Source: Anaerolineales bacterium
Lineage (GTDB): Bacteria > Chloroflexota > Anaerolineae > Anaerolineales > Villigracilaceae
NCBI GenBank assembly: GCA_046328855.1
Contig: JAXLVU010000005.1
Location: forward strand, 89,490 to 153,489
Direction: 5' to 3'
DNA length: 64,000 bases
The notes below the pieces were generated by a model. It did not search any database, was not told the DNA's origin, and saw only the letters and a program-made list of their open reading frames with translations. How positions within the stretch are numbered: the first letter of the stretch is position 1; every line of letters starts with the position of its first letter. Below, piece by piece: positions 1 to 9,201 of the stretch. Position numbers and translations under genes: made by a program.

Positions 1-45
1 GCGAGCAATGATCTCGTCGCTAAGTAATGTAAGCTTTGGTCTCAT
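1..45 (-). CDS. 5' fragment of a probable trimethylamine-methyltransferase (MttB)-family protein, running off the window
   Basis: Reverse strand reads MRPKLTLLSDEIIAR after a GAGGT RBS; resembles MttB-family N-termini; lies downstream of a corrinoid protein; only 15 codons visible. Confidence 0.5.
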   Translation of the reverse strand, partial: MRPKLTLLSDEIIAR

Positions 46-82
46 GAGACACCTCTAAGTGGGATTAAGTTCTCTTTGGTGG

Positions 83-150
83 AGAGAACAGAAACGAGTA
101 ACGAGGGAGCAAATCAATTTTCTTACGCCTCGTTACTCATTTCGTACTGC
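83..150. repeat. Heptamer-like repeats forming an intergenic hairpin
   Basis: GAGTAACGAGG (96-106) is complementary to CCTCGTTACTC (128-138), with degenerate 7-nt periodicity. Confidence 0.5.
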
Positions 151-219
151 TTGTTTGCTAAAAGCAATTGGGTTTCCTGTGATTAACAGAAAAGAGGTTT
201 CAATACGTTTGTTTTGCGC

Positions 220-879
220 TTATGCTTTCCCAACCAACTGCTTCGCCAATGCCACGGCACCGACTGCGTCTTCTGAAGTTCCGTCTGCTTTGATTTTGGT
301 TGCCCAGTCGCGGGTGATGGGTGCACCGCCGACCATCACCTTGATGCGTGGACGCAGATTTTCCTTGTCCAACTCTTCAATGATTTCGCGCTGGCGCACC
401 ATGGTAGTAGTGAGCAATGCGCTCAAGCCAATAAGCTGAGCATCGATTTCCAACGCCTTACCAATGATCTTGTCTGCAGGTTGGTCTACGCCAAGATCGG
501 TCACTTCGAAGCCAGAAGCGCTCAACATGGTTCCCACAAGAGTTTTGCCAATCTCATGAATATCACCTTCTACCGTGGCGAGAATGACCTTGCCCATGGT
601 TTCACGGGCTTCGCCGAGTTTGAGCAATTCAGGTTCGAGGGTTGCCACAGCAGCTTTCATGGCTTCACCCGCCATAACCAATTCCGGCAAAAAGGCTTCA
701 CCTGCGCCGAACTGGTCACCGATGTAATTGACGCCGATCACAAATCCTTTTGTGATGGCATCGAGTGGGGGAATATTCATAGCAATGGATTTTTGGGCGA
801 GTTCCACTGAAAGATCAGAGTCTCCGTCGATGATACTTTGTGCCATATCCTTGAATAATTTCTCGATTTCTTCTGACAT
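220..879 (-). CDS. Corrinoid (B12-binding) methyltransferase partner protein, MttC/MtbC-like
   Basis: Cap domain (FLPELVMAGEAM), D-x-H-x-x-G motif (GDIHEIGK), SALLTTT, VMVGGAP. Confidence 0.93.
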   Translation of the reverse strand: MSEEIEKLFKDMAQSIIDGDSDLSVELAQKSIAMNIPPLDAITKGFVIGVNYIGDQFGAGEAFLPELVMAGEAMKAAVATLEPELLKLGEARETMGKVILATVEGDIHEIGKTLVGTMLSASGFEVTDLGVDQPADKIIGKALEIDAQLIGLSALLTTTMVRQREIIEELDKENLRPRIKVMVGGAPITRDWATKIKADGTSEDAVGAVALAKQLVGKA

Positions 880-897
880 AACTGCCTCCTGATGAAT

Positions 898-1638
898 TTA
901 CTTATTTTTTTTGATCAAGTGCGAAACTTGTTTTTCTTTTTCTCTTAATAACTTGGCAGGGATGTTACGGTAGTTTTCCAGCCATCTGCCAGATTCCATA
1001 ACATGCTCGAGCGAGACTTTCACTGCCAGGTCGGGGTCGTGCTTTTTGAACGCGCTCAAAATAGCAGCGTGTTCATCGTGCGTTTGCGATACGCTGCTTG
1101 AAACCAGCTCAGGTTGACGATAAAGCGCTTCATATAGCAGCCAATCTGGAAATGCATTTGAGACGATAGAGTAAAGTTCCACTAATAACTTATTCCCTGA
1201 TGCCTCTGCAATTGCCCTATGAAATTGACGGCTTAGTTGTCGCTCTTGAGGCATTTCGTTCAACTCTACGTGGCGATCCATTTCTGCCATAATGGTTTCA
1301 AGCTTTTGCACCTGCTCAGGCGTAATGTTAAGCGCGGTTTCCCGAGCCACCATCGCCTCAAGAAAGAGGCGCATCCCATAGGCTTCTACCACATCCTCAG
1401 TAGACATTTCTCGCACGCGTACGCCCCGATAAGGGACTCGTTCCGCGATGCCTTTTGCTACAAGAAGGTCAAACGCCTCACGGACGGGGGTCATACTGAC
1501 GCCCATCTGGCTGGCGATGTCTTCCTGCCTCAGCCAATCACCAGGTCCATATCGACCCGCAATGATCTGTCTGTGCAGGGCATCGTAAATTTCCTCTTTA
1601 AGGGGTTTGTGAGAAAGTTCTTTCGCTGCCATTACCAT
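898..1638 (-). CDS. GntR/FCD-family transcriptional regulator
   Basis: wHTH (GVSMTPVREA); FCD domain (FHRAIAEASGN, EHAAIL). Confidence 0.92.
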   Translation of the reverse strand: MVMAAKELSHKPLKEEIYDALHRQIIAGRYGPGDWLRQEDIASQMGVSMTPVREAFDLLVAKGIAERVPYRGVRVREMSTEDVVEAYGMRLFLEAMVARETALNITPEQVQKLETIMAEMDRHVELNEMPQERQLSRQFHRAIAEASGNKLLVELYSIVSNAFPDWLLYEALYRQPELVSSSVSQTHDEHAAILSAFKKHDPDLAVKVSLEHVMESGRWLENYRNIPAKLLREKEKQVSHLIKKNK

Positions 1639-1683
1639 AATTGTACATTATATATAATCTGGACTGTTTTCGGAAGTGCCTAT

Positions 1684-2607
1684 CTAAGATGCTTTTCGCT
1701 CTGTCAGATGTCTATCCAGCAAGGCGATCAATTCATCGCGTGAATAATTATGCTGTGGATTGTCATTTTCGTCTAATAGCTTTGACATCAAGGCATTGAG
1801 CACGCGATTGCCTTCCCAGTGTGTTCCTACTAAGTAGCGGAGTTTTGGTTTTTCACTAAATAAGGCATCTTGCACAGCCTCCCAAACGATTTCAGGAGAA
1901 GATGGCTTACGATTGGTAGCAGACTCGGGTTCATTTGGATTCGGTTCTGATTCTTCTGCAAAACTTCCGAGGATAAGATCCGCCTCTTCCTTAAACGGAG
2001 GCTGGGCACGCTGAAAGTGAGCCAGAGTCCCCGCCTGAGATTTTTCCCCGATCTCCGAGATAATCCCGCCGGGCTGGACAATGCTGACTTGCACGCCATA
2101 CGATCTGAGTTCCTCACTCAATACAGCTGTATAGGCTTCTAAAGCATGCTTTGTCATCACATATGGACCGTAATACTTGCTTGCCAGCATCCCTCCCTGA
2201 GAGCCAATGTTTACAATGCGTCCCTTGGATTCGATCAATAAATTCATAAAAGCATTACTCATGCGGTGTGGACCAAATACATTGACATCGAAAATATCCT
2301 GCATCTCTTCGTCTGTCCATGTGGTGAGCATTCCTAATTCACCTATGCCTGCATTGTTGACTAAGCCATAGAGTCCATGTCCTGCATTCTTGACAGTTTC
2401 TACAGCCGATTGAATATGCCTCGCGTTGCGAACATCCATTAGCAATGGTGTGACATTTGGGATTTCAGATAACGCCATCATGTCTTTTTCTTTTCGCACT
2501 GTGGCATATACGATACATCCACGCTCGGCGAGGCGTAGCGCGAGGTGTTTTCCAATACCGCTGCTGGCACCAGTAATTAAAATCGCTTGTTGAGTTGGAA
2601 GAGACAT
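1684..2607 (-). CDS. Short-chain dehydrogenase/reductase
   Basis: TGASSGIG, NNAG, YxxxK (YVMTK); start set at MSLPTQ. Confidence 0.92.
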   Translation of the reverse strand: MSLPTQQAILITGASSGIGKHLALRLAERGCIVYATVRKEKDMMALSEIPNVTPLLMDVRNARHIQSAVETVKNAGHGLYGLVNNAGIGELGMLTTWTDEEMQDIFDVNVFGPHRMSNAFMNLLIESKGRIVNIGSQGGMLASKYYGPYVMTKHALEAYTAVLSEELRSYGVQVSIVQPGGIISEIGEKSQAGTLAHFQRAQPPFKEEADLILGSFAEESEPNPNEPESATNRKPSSPEIVWEAVQDALFSEKPKLRYLVGTHWEGNRVLNALMSKLLDENDNPQHNYSRDELIALLDRHLTERKAS

Positions 2608-2646
2608 GATAAAAAATTCCCTTTTTGATATGAGTATAATCAAATT

Positions 2647-3288
2647 ATGTCTAGAAATTATGTAGTGCCTTTAACTGAAATCCGCCGCGAGCAGACGGTG
2701 GTCAATTCGCGCTTCATTGCTACGCTCGCGCCTGCTTTTTCCATCGACGAAGCTCGCGCCTTCATGAAGCGGATTCGAGAGGAGTTTGCAGACGCATCTC
2801 ATAATGTCCCTGTTTATATTATTGGCGGTGGAAACACAGTAACGGAATATTTTTCAGATGATGGTGAGCCGAGTGGAACTTCTGGCAAACCTGCGCTGAC
2901 TGTTTTGCGTGGAAGCGGACTGGGGGATGCGGTTTTAGTAGTCACCCGTTATTTTGGGGGCACCCTGCTCGGAACTGGCGGACTGGTCAAGGCGTATACA
3001 GAGGCGGCTCAGTCTGTCGTCAATGTTGTAGAACGCGGAAGGCGAGTCCCTGTATGTGTAGTGATGGTGGCAATCCCCTATAACTTGTTGGAGAGAGTTA
3101 GATTATTGGCTACAAAGAATAGCGGTAATATCTTAGGTGAAGATTATGCCGCGGATATCACATTGACTTTGCGATTCCCTGTTGAATATTACGATAACTT
3201 TCAAACAGATCTACGAGAACTTACTGCTGGGAAAATTCAAGCAGAAGTGATTGAAACAAAAGAAGAGATTATACGTGTAGACAAATAA
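2647..3288 (+). CDS. yigZ: YigZ/IMPACT family protein
   Basis: SRFIA, SDDGEPSGTSG, VVTRYFGGTLLGTGGLVKAY. Confidence 0.93.
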   Translation: MSRNYVVPLTEIRREQTVVNSRFIATLAPAFSIDEARAFMKRIREEFADASHNVPVYIIGGGNTVTEYFSDDGEPSGTSGKPALTVLRGSGLGDAVLVVTRYFGGTLLGTGGLVKAYTEAAQSVVNVVERGRRVPVCVVMVAIPYNLLERVRLLATKNSGNILGEDYAADITLTLRFPVEYYDNFQTDLRELTAGKIQAEVIETKEEIIRVDK

Positions 3289-3346
3289 ATTTTTGATTTT
3301 TACTCCCTCAATAAAACATGTATAAAGTAAAATCCAAAGTATTGTT

Positions 3347-5545
3347 ATGAAAGAAAAAAATATCACTATTCCGACCATTGAGACCAATAGGGAAGTGCAA
3401 GGGGAGTTTTTTCGCGCCGTTATTTTATCTATCATGGCATTGACTGGTGTTTTTCTGGTTTTTGCTATTTTCATTTTTCATGAATTGTTGTTGCGTACAC
3501 TGATGATTAGCGGGGGGATATTTTTTCTTTCTGTTTTTATTCTCTTTCTGATTAAAAGAAAAAAAGTATTTCTGGCAAGCGCCTTTTTTGTAGGGTTTCT
3601 TTGGCTTTTGGTTGCATGGCTGACGTATATTACTGGTGGAATTACAGCTCCTATTTTTACTGGCTTTCTAATTGTTATTCTTCTTAGTGGGTTGATTTTT
3701 AACTTCCGTGTAGGCGTTTCCGTTGCTTTATTGACCGTTCTCTATGGTAGTGTTCTGATATTTATACAATCAAAAGGTTTTTTGCCGCCTGCCGCTGACT
3801 ATTCAAACGGTGCTCGATTGGCGATTTATACATTTTTCTTTTTTATTGCGCTTTATATTCAAAAAGCTGCCATTGATAGTACAAAACTAGCAACAGAAAA
3901 AGCTTATATTAGCGAAAATCAATATCAACTCTTTCTTGAGAATATTCCCACGATTACATATATCAATGATATATCGCCCGAGGCACGTACATTATATGTC
4001 AGCCCGCAGGTTGAGAATTTGCTTGGGTATTCTCCCGAAACCTTTCTTCACGATCCAACACTTTGGATGAAAATCATTAATGAAGATGATGTTGAAAATG
4101 TTCTTTTGAAGAACCAGGCTTCGGTGGAAACAGGTGAACCATTCAAAGTGGAGTATCGCCTTATAACGAAAACCGGAAGCATGGTTTGGGTTCGCGATGA
4201 AGCCAAGCTAGTTCGAGATGACCATGGAGAGCCAGCATATTGGTTGGGGGTTTGGACCGATATTACCAAGGAAAAAAGTTCAGAGAAAACGTTGGCATAC
4301 ATGGTTCAAACGCAATCCATGCGGAATAACCAGTTGCAGACGGCGAGTGAAGTGTCGCGTGCGGCTACGTCTATTTTGGAGCTGAGTGAATTGATGCCCA
4401 AAGTTGTGGAACTCATCCGCTCGCATTTTGATTATTATTATGTGGGCATCTTTTTGGTTGAAAAAGAGACGAACAATGCAGTGCTTACTGCGGCAACGGG
4501 TTCAGCGGGAAAAGAAATGCTTGCAAAAGGGCATTTCCTGCCTATTGCCAATTCATCCATGATCGGTTGGTCGATTGTCAATAATCGGGCGCGGATTGCT
4601 CTGGATGTTGGGAAGGATGCGGTTCGTTTCAAAAATCCACTTTTGCCGCTCACACGCTCAGAGGTGGCTTTCCCTTTGAGGTTTCATGGAAGAGTTATTG
4701 GAGCAATGACGATTCAATCGGCATTGCCATCTGCGTTTACAGATGCTGATATTACCGCCTTGCAAACCATGGCGGATCAAGTTGCAAATGCCATTGAAAC
4801 CGCACGCTTACTTGATGAACGTGTGACTTTAATCAATGAACTTGAAACAAAAAATGCGGAACTTGAACGATATACCTATACGGTGTCGCATGATTTGAAA
4901 TCTCCGCTTGTGACAATTCGCGGCTATGTGGGGTACTTAAAAGAGTCTGCTGTCAAAGGAGATATGCAGCGTTTTGAAGTGGATATGAAGCGGGTCATCA
5001 AAGCTACTGAGACGATGCAAGCCTTGCTGAATGACCTGTTGGAACTGTCTAGGGTTGGGCGGGTAATCAATTCTTTGGCTAATGTCCCATTCGAAGATAT
5101 GGTGAAGGATGTCCTGACTTTGGTTGTCGAGCCGCAAAAGGGACAAAGAGAGTGGTTTGTTGTCCAAAGTGGACTTCCTGTGGTGCGCTGTGATCGAACT
5201 AGAATTTTAGAAGTGCTCCAAAATCTGGTCTTGAATTCTATTAAATTTATGGGCAGTCAGCCGAAACCTTCTATTCGAATTGGGCAGGCTGGTTTTGACA
5301 AGAAAACGAATTTTCCTATTTTTTATGTTGCTGACAATGGTATTGGGATTGCCCCCAAATATCATGAGACGGTCTTCGGGTTGTTCAATCGGCTTGACCA
5401 AAAAGAAGAGGGGACAGGGATTGGACTCACCCTTGTGAAGCGCATTATTGAGGTCCATGGCGGGCGGATATGGCTGGAATCTGAGGGACAAGGAAAAGGC
5501 ACTACTTTTTACTTTACATTGCCTCCCGCAGAGGTTACACCCTAG
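3347..5545 (+). CDS. Membrane-bound PAS-GAF sensor histidine kinase
   Basis: ~6 TM helices, PAS/PAC (YVSPQVENLLGY..WVRD), GAF, H-box SHDLKSPL, N/G boxes (DNGIGI, GTGIGL). Confidence 0.93.
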   Translation: MKEKNITIPTIETNREVQGEFFRAVILSIMALTGVFLVFAIFIFHELLLRTLMISGGIFFLSVFILFLIKRKKVFLASAFFVGFLWLLVAWLTYITGGITAPIFTGFLIVILLSGLIFNFRVGVSVALLTVLYGSVLIFIQSKGFLPPAADYSNGARLAIYTFFFFIALYIQKAAIDSTKLATEKAYISENQYQLFLENIPTITYINDISPEARTLYVSPQVENLLGYSPETFLHDPTLWMKIINEDDVENVLLKNQASVETGEPFKVEYRLITKTGSMVWVRDEAKLVRDDHGEPAYWLGVWTDITKEKSSEKTLAYMVQTQSMRNNQLQTASEVSRAATSILELSELMPKVVELIRSHFDYYYVGIFLVEKETNNAVLTAATGSAGKEMLAKGHFLPIANSSMIGWSIVNNRARIALDVGKDAVRFKNPLLPLTRSEVAFPLRFHGRVIGAMTIQSALPSAFTDADITALQTMADQVANAIETARLLDERVTLINELETKNAELERYTYTVSHDLKSPLVTIRGYVGYLKESAVKGDMQRFEVDMKRVIKATETMQALLNDLLELSRVGRVINSLANVPFEDMVKDVLTLVVEPQKGQREWFVVQSGLPVVRCDRTRILEVLQNLVLNSIKFMGSQPKPSIRIGQAGFDKKTNFPIFYVADNGIGIAPKYHETVFGLFNRLDQKEEGTGIGLTLVKRIIEVHGGRIWLESEGQGKGTTFYFTLPPAEVTP

Positions 5546-5546
5546 T

Positions 5547-5563
5547 TTTACAAATTCTTCACA
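5547..5563 (+). promoter_or_regulatory. Putative OmpR-type direct-repeat box
   Basis: TTTACA-aattc-TTCACA; 13/14 identical to the reverse-strand site at 8557-8570; TAGAAT -10 at 5605-5610. Confidence 0.5.
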
Positions 5564-5658
5564 ATCTGTTCGTATTTAATCCACCTGAAGCGAAGGCATT
5601 TTTATAGAATCAGCAACAGTTCTTTATATAAGGCTGTTAATTGAATCTTGGAGAAAAA

Positions 5659-6150
5659 ATGTCTAACTCAAATCGAACAAAATTACTTTTGGATATTGGT
5701 ACGTTTATCGCCTTTCTCATTACGATGGATCCACGCTTCAGCGGGTTGGCAATTCATGAGTGGCTATCACTTGCCCTGGCTGGCACAATTATTGTCCATC
5801 TTTTATTAAACTGGGACTGGATTGTGAATATTACGAAACGCTTATTTGGCAAAGCGAATGCAAATGCGCGTGTCAACTATGTGCTGAATTGGCTGTTGTT
5901 CATCGACGGGATTCTTATCATGTTATCTGGCATCATGATTTCGGAAGTTGCCATTCCTTCTTTGGGGCTGGCTCTACCTATGAACTTTGTCTGGCGTAGA
6001 TTGCACGATATGTCTGCCAATCTTGCATTGCTCATTATGGGGTTGCATATTGCTATGCACTGGAATTGGATTGTAACCACGTTTACCCGAGTTTTCTTGA
6101 GCGGTTTCAAGAAGAAACAACCTGCCATCACAGCAGTTAAGGAGGCGTAA
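5659..6150 (+). CDS. DUF4405-like 4-TM protein, possible b-type heme binder
   Basis: Internally duplicated TM pair with H...H..(N/H)W.WIV motifs; GGAG RBS. Confidence 0.7.
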   Translation: MSNSNRTKLLLDIGTFIAFLITMDPRFSGLAIHEWLSLALAGTIIVHLLLNWDWIVNITKRLFGKANANARVNYVLNWLLFIDGILIMLSGIMISEVAIPSLGLALPMNFVWRRLHDMSANLALLIMGLHIAMHWNWIVTTFTRVFLSGFKKKQPAITAVKEA

Positions 6151-6152
6151 CC

Positions 6153-6467
6153 ATGAATACCTTATTTCGGGTCTTGATTATTTTAGTGGTTGCCACGATC
6201 ATTGGTGGACTAATGTATGTCGGTGTGAGCGCTTCAAATTCATCAAACAATGGTTTCCCAGAATTTGAAGGCGGAAGAGAACGACCGCAATTTGCTGAAG
6301 GTTCCGAGTTTCGCCCAGATGGCGATCATGATGAAGGACGAGGCGAACAAGGTGGATTTGGTTTCCCCGGTGGCGTCATCAAAGCTCTAGTACTCATGAC
6401 AATTGCAGGTTCTATTTATTCTGGAATTGTTTGGGCAGGCAAGAAAACAAAGCAAGCCCTTGCGTAG
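6153..6467 (+). CDS. Small 2-TM protein with Gly/Phe/acidic loop
   Basis: AGGAGG RBS, two hydrophobic segments, terminator follows. Confidence 0.75.
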   Translation: MNTLFRVLIILVVATIIGGLMYVGVSASNSSNNGFPEFEGGRERPQFAEGSEFRPDGDHDEGRGEQGGFGFPGGVIKALVLMTIAGSIYSGIVWAGKKTKQALA

Positions 6468-6478
6468 GAAGCGACATC

Positions 6479-6515
6479 AAAAAAGAGGACATGCTCAGCA
6501 TGTCCTCTTTTGTTT
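6479..6515. terminator. Bidirectional intrinsic terminator
   Basis: AAAGAGGACATGCT-c-AGCATGTCCTCTTT with A/T tracts between convergent genes. Confidence 0.85.
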
Positions 6516-7835
6516 TTAGATGTTTGGAATTTCAATAACTACTTTCAGCCCTTTGCCTTTTTCACTTTCAGCCCAAATGCGACCCTTATGCATTTCTACA
6601 ATAGACTTGGCAATGGCAAGCCCTAACCCAGAACCGCCATCATCTCGAGTACGGGATTGATCCACGCGGTAGAAGCGGTCAAAGAGGTGAGTAGCTTCTT
6701 CGGGATGCACCCCGTCGCCGCTATCTTTAACGGAGAGTTGGATGCTGCTTCCTGTAAGTTGAGTTTTCAATTCCACGCGTCCACCTTCGGGAGTGTGACG
6801 GAGAGCATTATCCAGAATATTTTTCAGGACTTGAGCGAAACGGTTCGGGTCGAGATTCGCCGTCAGGGTTGTTGAAGCAGTTTCAAGGTCGAGAGTGATG
6901 CGTTTCTGGTTAAACAGAGTCAAGTAATGAGCGTGGATGTCGCTCATAAAGTTGTTGATGTCCACGGGTTGGAAATCGACAGAAAGTTCGCCTGCATCGG
7001 CAAGGGACAAAGTCCGCAGGTCATTGACCAGATGTTCGAGGCGTTCGGCTTCTTCACGAATGATCTCAAAATTTTCAGCATTCGGCTTCAAGACACCGTC
7101 TTTTACACCTTCAGCGTGCCCCAGAATAAGGCTGATGGGCGTACGAAGTTTGTGGGCGATATCGGCTGTCATTTGTTTGCGGAGGTTGAACGAACGTGCA
7201 AGGTCTGCGCTCATCTTGTTGAACGATTTAGCTAATTCGCCGATCTCATCTCTCGAACGGACTGGAACCTGACCGCCCAGATTTCCATCTGCCATATGGT
7301 GCGTGGCTTTCGTAAGTTCACGGACCGGGCGTAGGATACTGCGTGAAAGCAAGATGCCGATGAAGAGCGCAAAGACAAGAGTAGCAATGGCGCTTAAGAA
7401 AATAGAGCCGTTCAAACGGCGTAAGAACTCGTAATCAAGCGGATTTTTTTCAGGGGCGCTGGGTAACAAAAGTACACCAACTGTTTTGTTATTCGATTGA
7501 ATGGGGTACCCTTCTTCAAGCTCTTCCTGACTGCATGGATCTCCAACGTTGTATTCATTACCTGCAACAAGGATATTGCCTTGTGGGTCTGCAATCGAAA
7601 AATAAAGTACATGATGATCATGATCGCCACGCTGAAATTCTTGCTCAACTCCGTCCCAAGTTTGATTGCGGCTGTAATACCGAGCAAGGTCATCTGCCAG
7701 GTCAGCAGTGTAGCGGTCACCTACAAAGCGTTCAAATTCGCGGCTTGCAAGAATGCGCGAAGAGACGACGATAATGCCGGTGCTAAATATGCTAATAAGC
7801 AAGAAGGAGAGGATAAGTTTGGTCGAGAGACGCAT
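6516..7835 (-). CDS. HAMP-domain sensor histidine kinase (BaeS-like) with atypical H-box HKLRTP
   Basis: 2 TM, HAMP (RDEIGELA), HisKA, HATPase (NALRH, FDRFYR, GSGLGL). Confidence 0.93.
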   Translation of the reverse strand: MRLSTKLILSFLLISIFSTGIIVVSSRILASREFERFVGDRYTADLADDLARYYSRNQTWDGVEQEFQRGDHDHHVLYFSIADPQGNILVAGNEYNVGDPCSQEELEEGYPIQSNNKTVGVLLLPSAPEKNPLDYEFLRRLNGSIFLSAIATLVFALFIGILLSRSILRPVRELTKATHHMADGNLGGQVPVRSRDEIGELAKSFNKMSADLARSFNLRKQMTADIAHKLRTPISLILGHAEGVKDGVLKPNAENFEIIREEAERLEHLVNDLRTLSLADAGELSVDFQPVDINNFMSDIHAHYLTLFNQKRITLDLETASTTLTANLDPNRFAQVLKNILDNALRHTPEGGRVELKTQLTGSSIQLSVKDSGDGVHPEEATHLFDRFYRVDQSRTRDDGGSGLGLAIAKSIVEMHKGRIWAESEKGKGLKVVIEIPNI

Positions 7836-7850
7836 GATATTACAATGGGA

Positions 7851-8534
7851 CTACTGTTTTCGCAAACGATAGCCAACACCATATACGGTTTCGATATGGC
7901 TGGGCTTGCGAGAATCATCTTCCACTTTGGCACGCAGATTCTTTATGTGAGTATCGATGGTACGTTCATAGCCTTCATAGCGCACACCTTGGATCACATC
8001 GAGCAGATCGAGGCGCGAGAAAACTTTGCCCGGTGCGGTCATAAGCGCGGCAAGCAGGTCAAATTCAGACGGGGTCAAATCCGCAGCACGGTCGCCAATG
8101 GAAACTTCACGTGTCTCACGGTTGAGGATGATATCCATTACTTTCAGCGTTTGCCCTTTGGCTTCGTTCTTTCCGGCGCGGCGCAATACATTGCGCACTC
8201 GCGCCATTAACTCGCGGGGTTTAAACGGCTTGGTTACATAATCGTCTGCACCGAGCTCCAGCCCAATGATCTTATCTTCGTCTTCCACTTTGGCAGTTAA
8301 CATAATGATCGGGGTGTCACTTTCAGCCCGGCGCGCATTCATAAATTCATAGCCGTTCATTTCTGGCATCATAATATCAAGCACAACAAGGTCTGGGTTT
8401 TCACGGCGAGCCACTTCCAGAGCTTCACGCCCGTTGTATGCAGTTAATACGCGATATCCTTCCTGCTCAAGATAACTTTGCAAGAGGGAAACCATTCGTC
8501 TTTCATCGTCTACGATAAGAATTGTTTGAGGCAT
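7851..8534 (-). CDS. OmpR/PhoB-family response regulator
   Basis: VDDE, LDIMMP, KPF, wHTH (IDTHIKNLR, VYGVGY). Confidence 0.95.
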   Translation of the reverse strand: MPQTILIVDDERRMVSLLQSYLEQEGYRVLTAYNGREALEVARRENPDLVVLDIMMPEMNGYEFMNARRAESDTPIIMLTAKVEDEDKIIGLELGADDYVTKPFKPRELMARVRNVLRRAGKNEAKGQTLKVMDIILNRETREVSIGDRAADLTPSEFDLLAALMTAPGKVFSRLDLLDVIQGVRYEGYERTIDTHIKNLRAKVEDDSRKPSHIETVYGVGYRLRKQ

Positions 8535-8556
8535 GATTTTATTATCCCATAAACCC

Positions 8557-8573
8557 TGTGAAGAAATTGTGTG
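8557..8573 (-). promoter_or_regulatory. Putative autoregulatory direct-repeat box
   Basis: Reverse strand CACACA-atttc-TTCACA just upstream of a GATAAT -10 (8541-8546). Confidence 0.5.
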
Positions 8574-8589
8574 AAATTCTGGAGGATAA

Positions 8590-8620
8590 GAACCCCCGCC
8601 TCATTTCAAGGCGGGGGTTG
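8590..8620 (-). terminator. Intrinsic terminator
   Basis: AACCCCCGCC / GGCGGGGGTT stem downstream of the 8642-9085 gene. Confidence 0.7.
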
Positions 8621-8641
8621 GGGTGGCGTTAGAACTGTGGA

Positions 8642-9085
8642 TTACGCCTCATCCTTTTTCTCTTCGTCTTCAACTTGAACTTCTACCGGCTCAGGAGCTG
8701 GAGCTGGTGCAGGTTCAGTTGCTTGTGCGCTGTTGACGTTCACGAGGCGCCAACCGCTACGTTTGATCAAGCTAAATGCCAGCCAAACCAAACCGCCAAA
8801 CACGGCGAGTTGAAGTAACCCAAACAGCGGACCAAAAAATCCGAATCCGCCGCGCCCGCCGAAGCCATGTCCGCGATCGGAGCCGCGCATCATGCCGAAG
8901 CCTTCGTTTGTCATTCCACCGCTGAAATCATGTCCGTGATGAAATGCGAAAGCGGAAGTTCCTTCTGCGGTGAGAGTTGTGCTATACATGGCGCCAAAGC
9001 GGAACCCTGCAAAGGCAACACCTGCCAACACAACGAGAGTGAGAAGGATGGTGAGAGTCCACCAAAGCCATTTTTTTGTTTTCAT
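8642..9085 (-). CDS. Small 2-TM protein with His/Gly/Phe-rich loop and Pro/Glu tail
   Basis: GGAGG RBS before MKTKK; HHGH and GGRGGFGFFGP low-complexity loop. Confidence 0.75.
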   Translation of the reverse strand: MKTKKWLWWTLTILLTLVVLAGVAFAGFRFGAMYSTTLTAEGTSAFAFHHGHDFSGGMTNEGFGMMRGSDRGHGFGGRGGFGFFGPLFGLLQLAVFGGLVWLAFSLIKRSGWRLVNVNSAQATEPAPAPAPEPVEVQVEDEEKKDEA

Positions 9086-9201
9086 GTTTACCTCCATTTG
9101 TAAACTTGACTCTATTGTTTCACACCTGTATTACAAAGCAATGGAGGAAATATGTGAAAGTTGTGTGCCCACAAGAGTTACAAATAACGCGCCCGTGGAC
9201 T

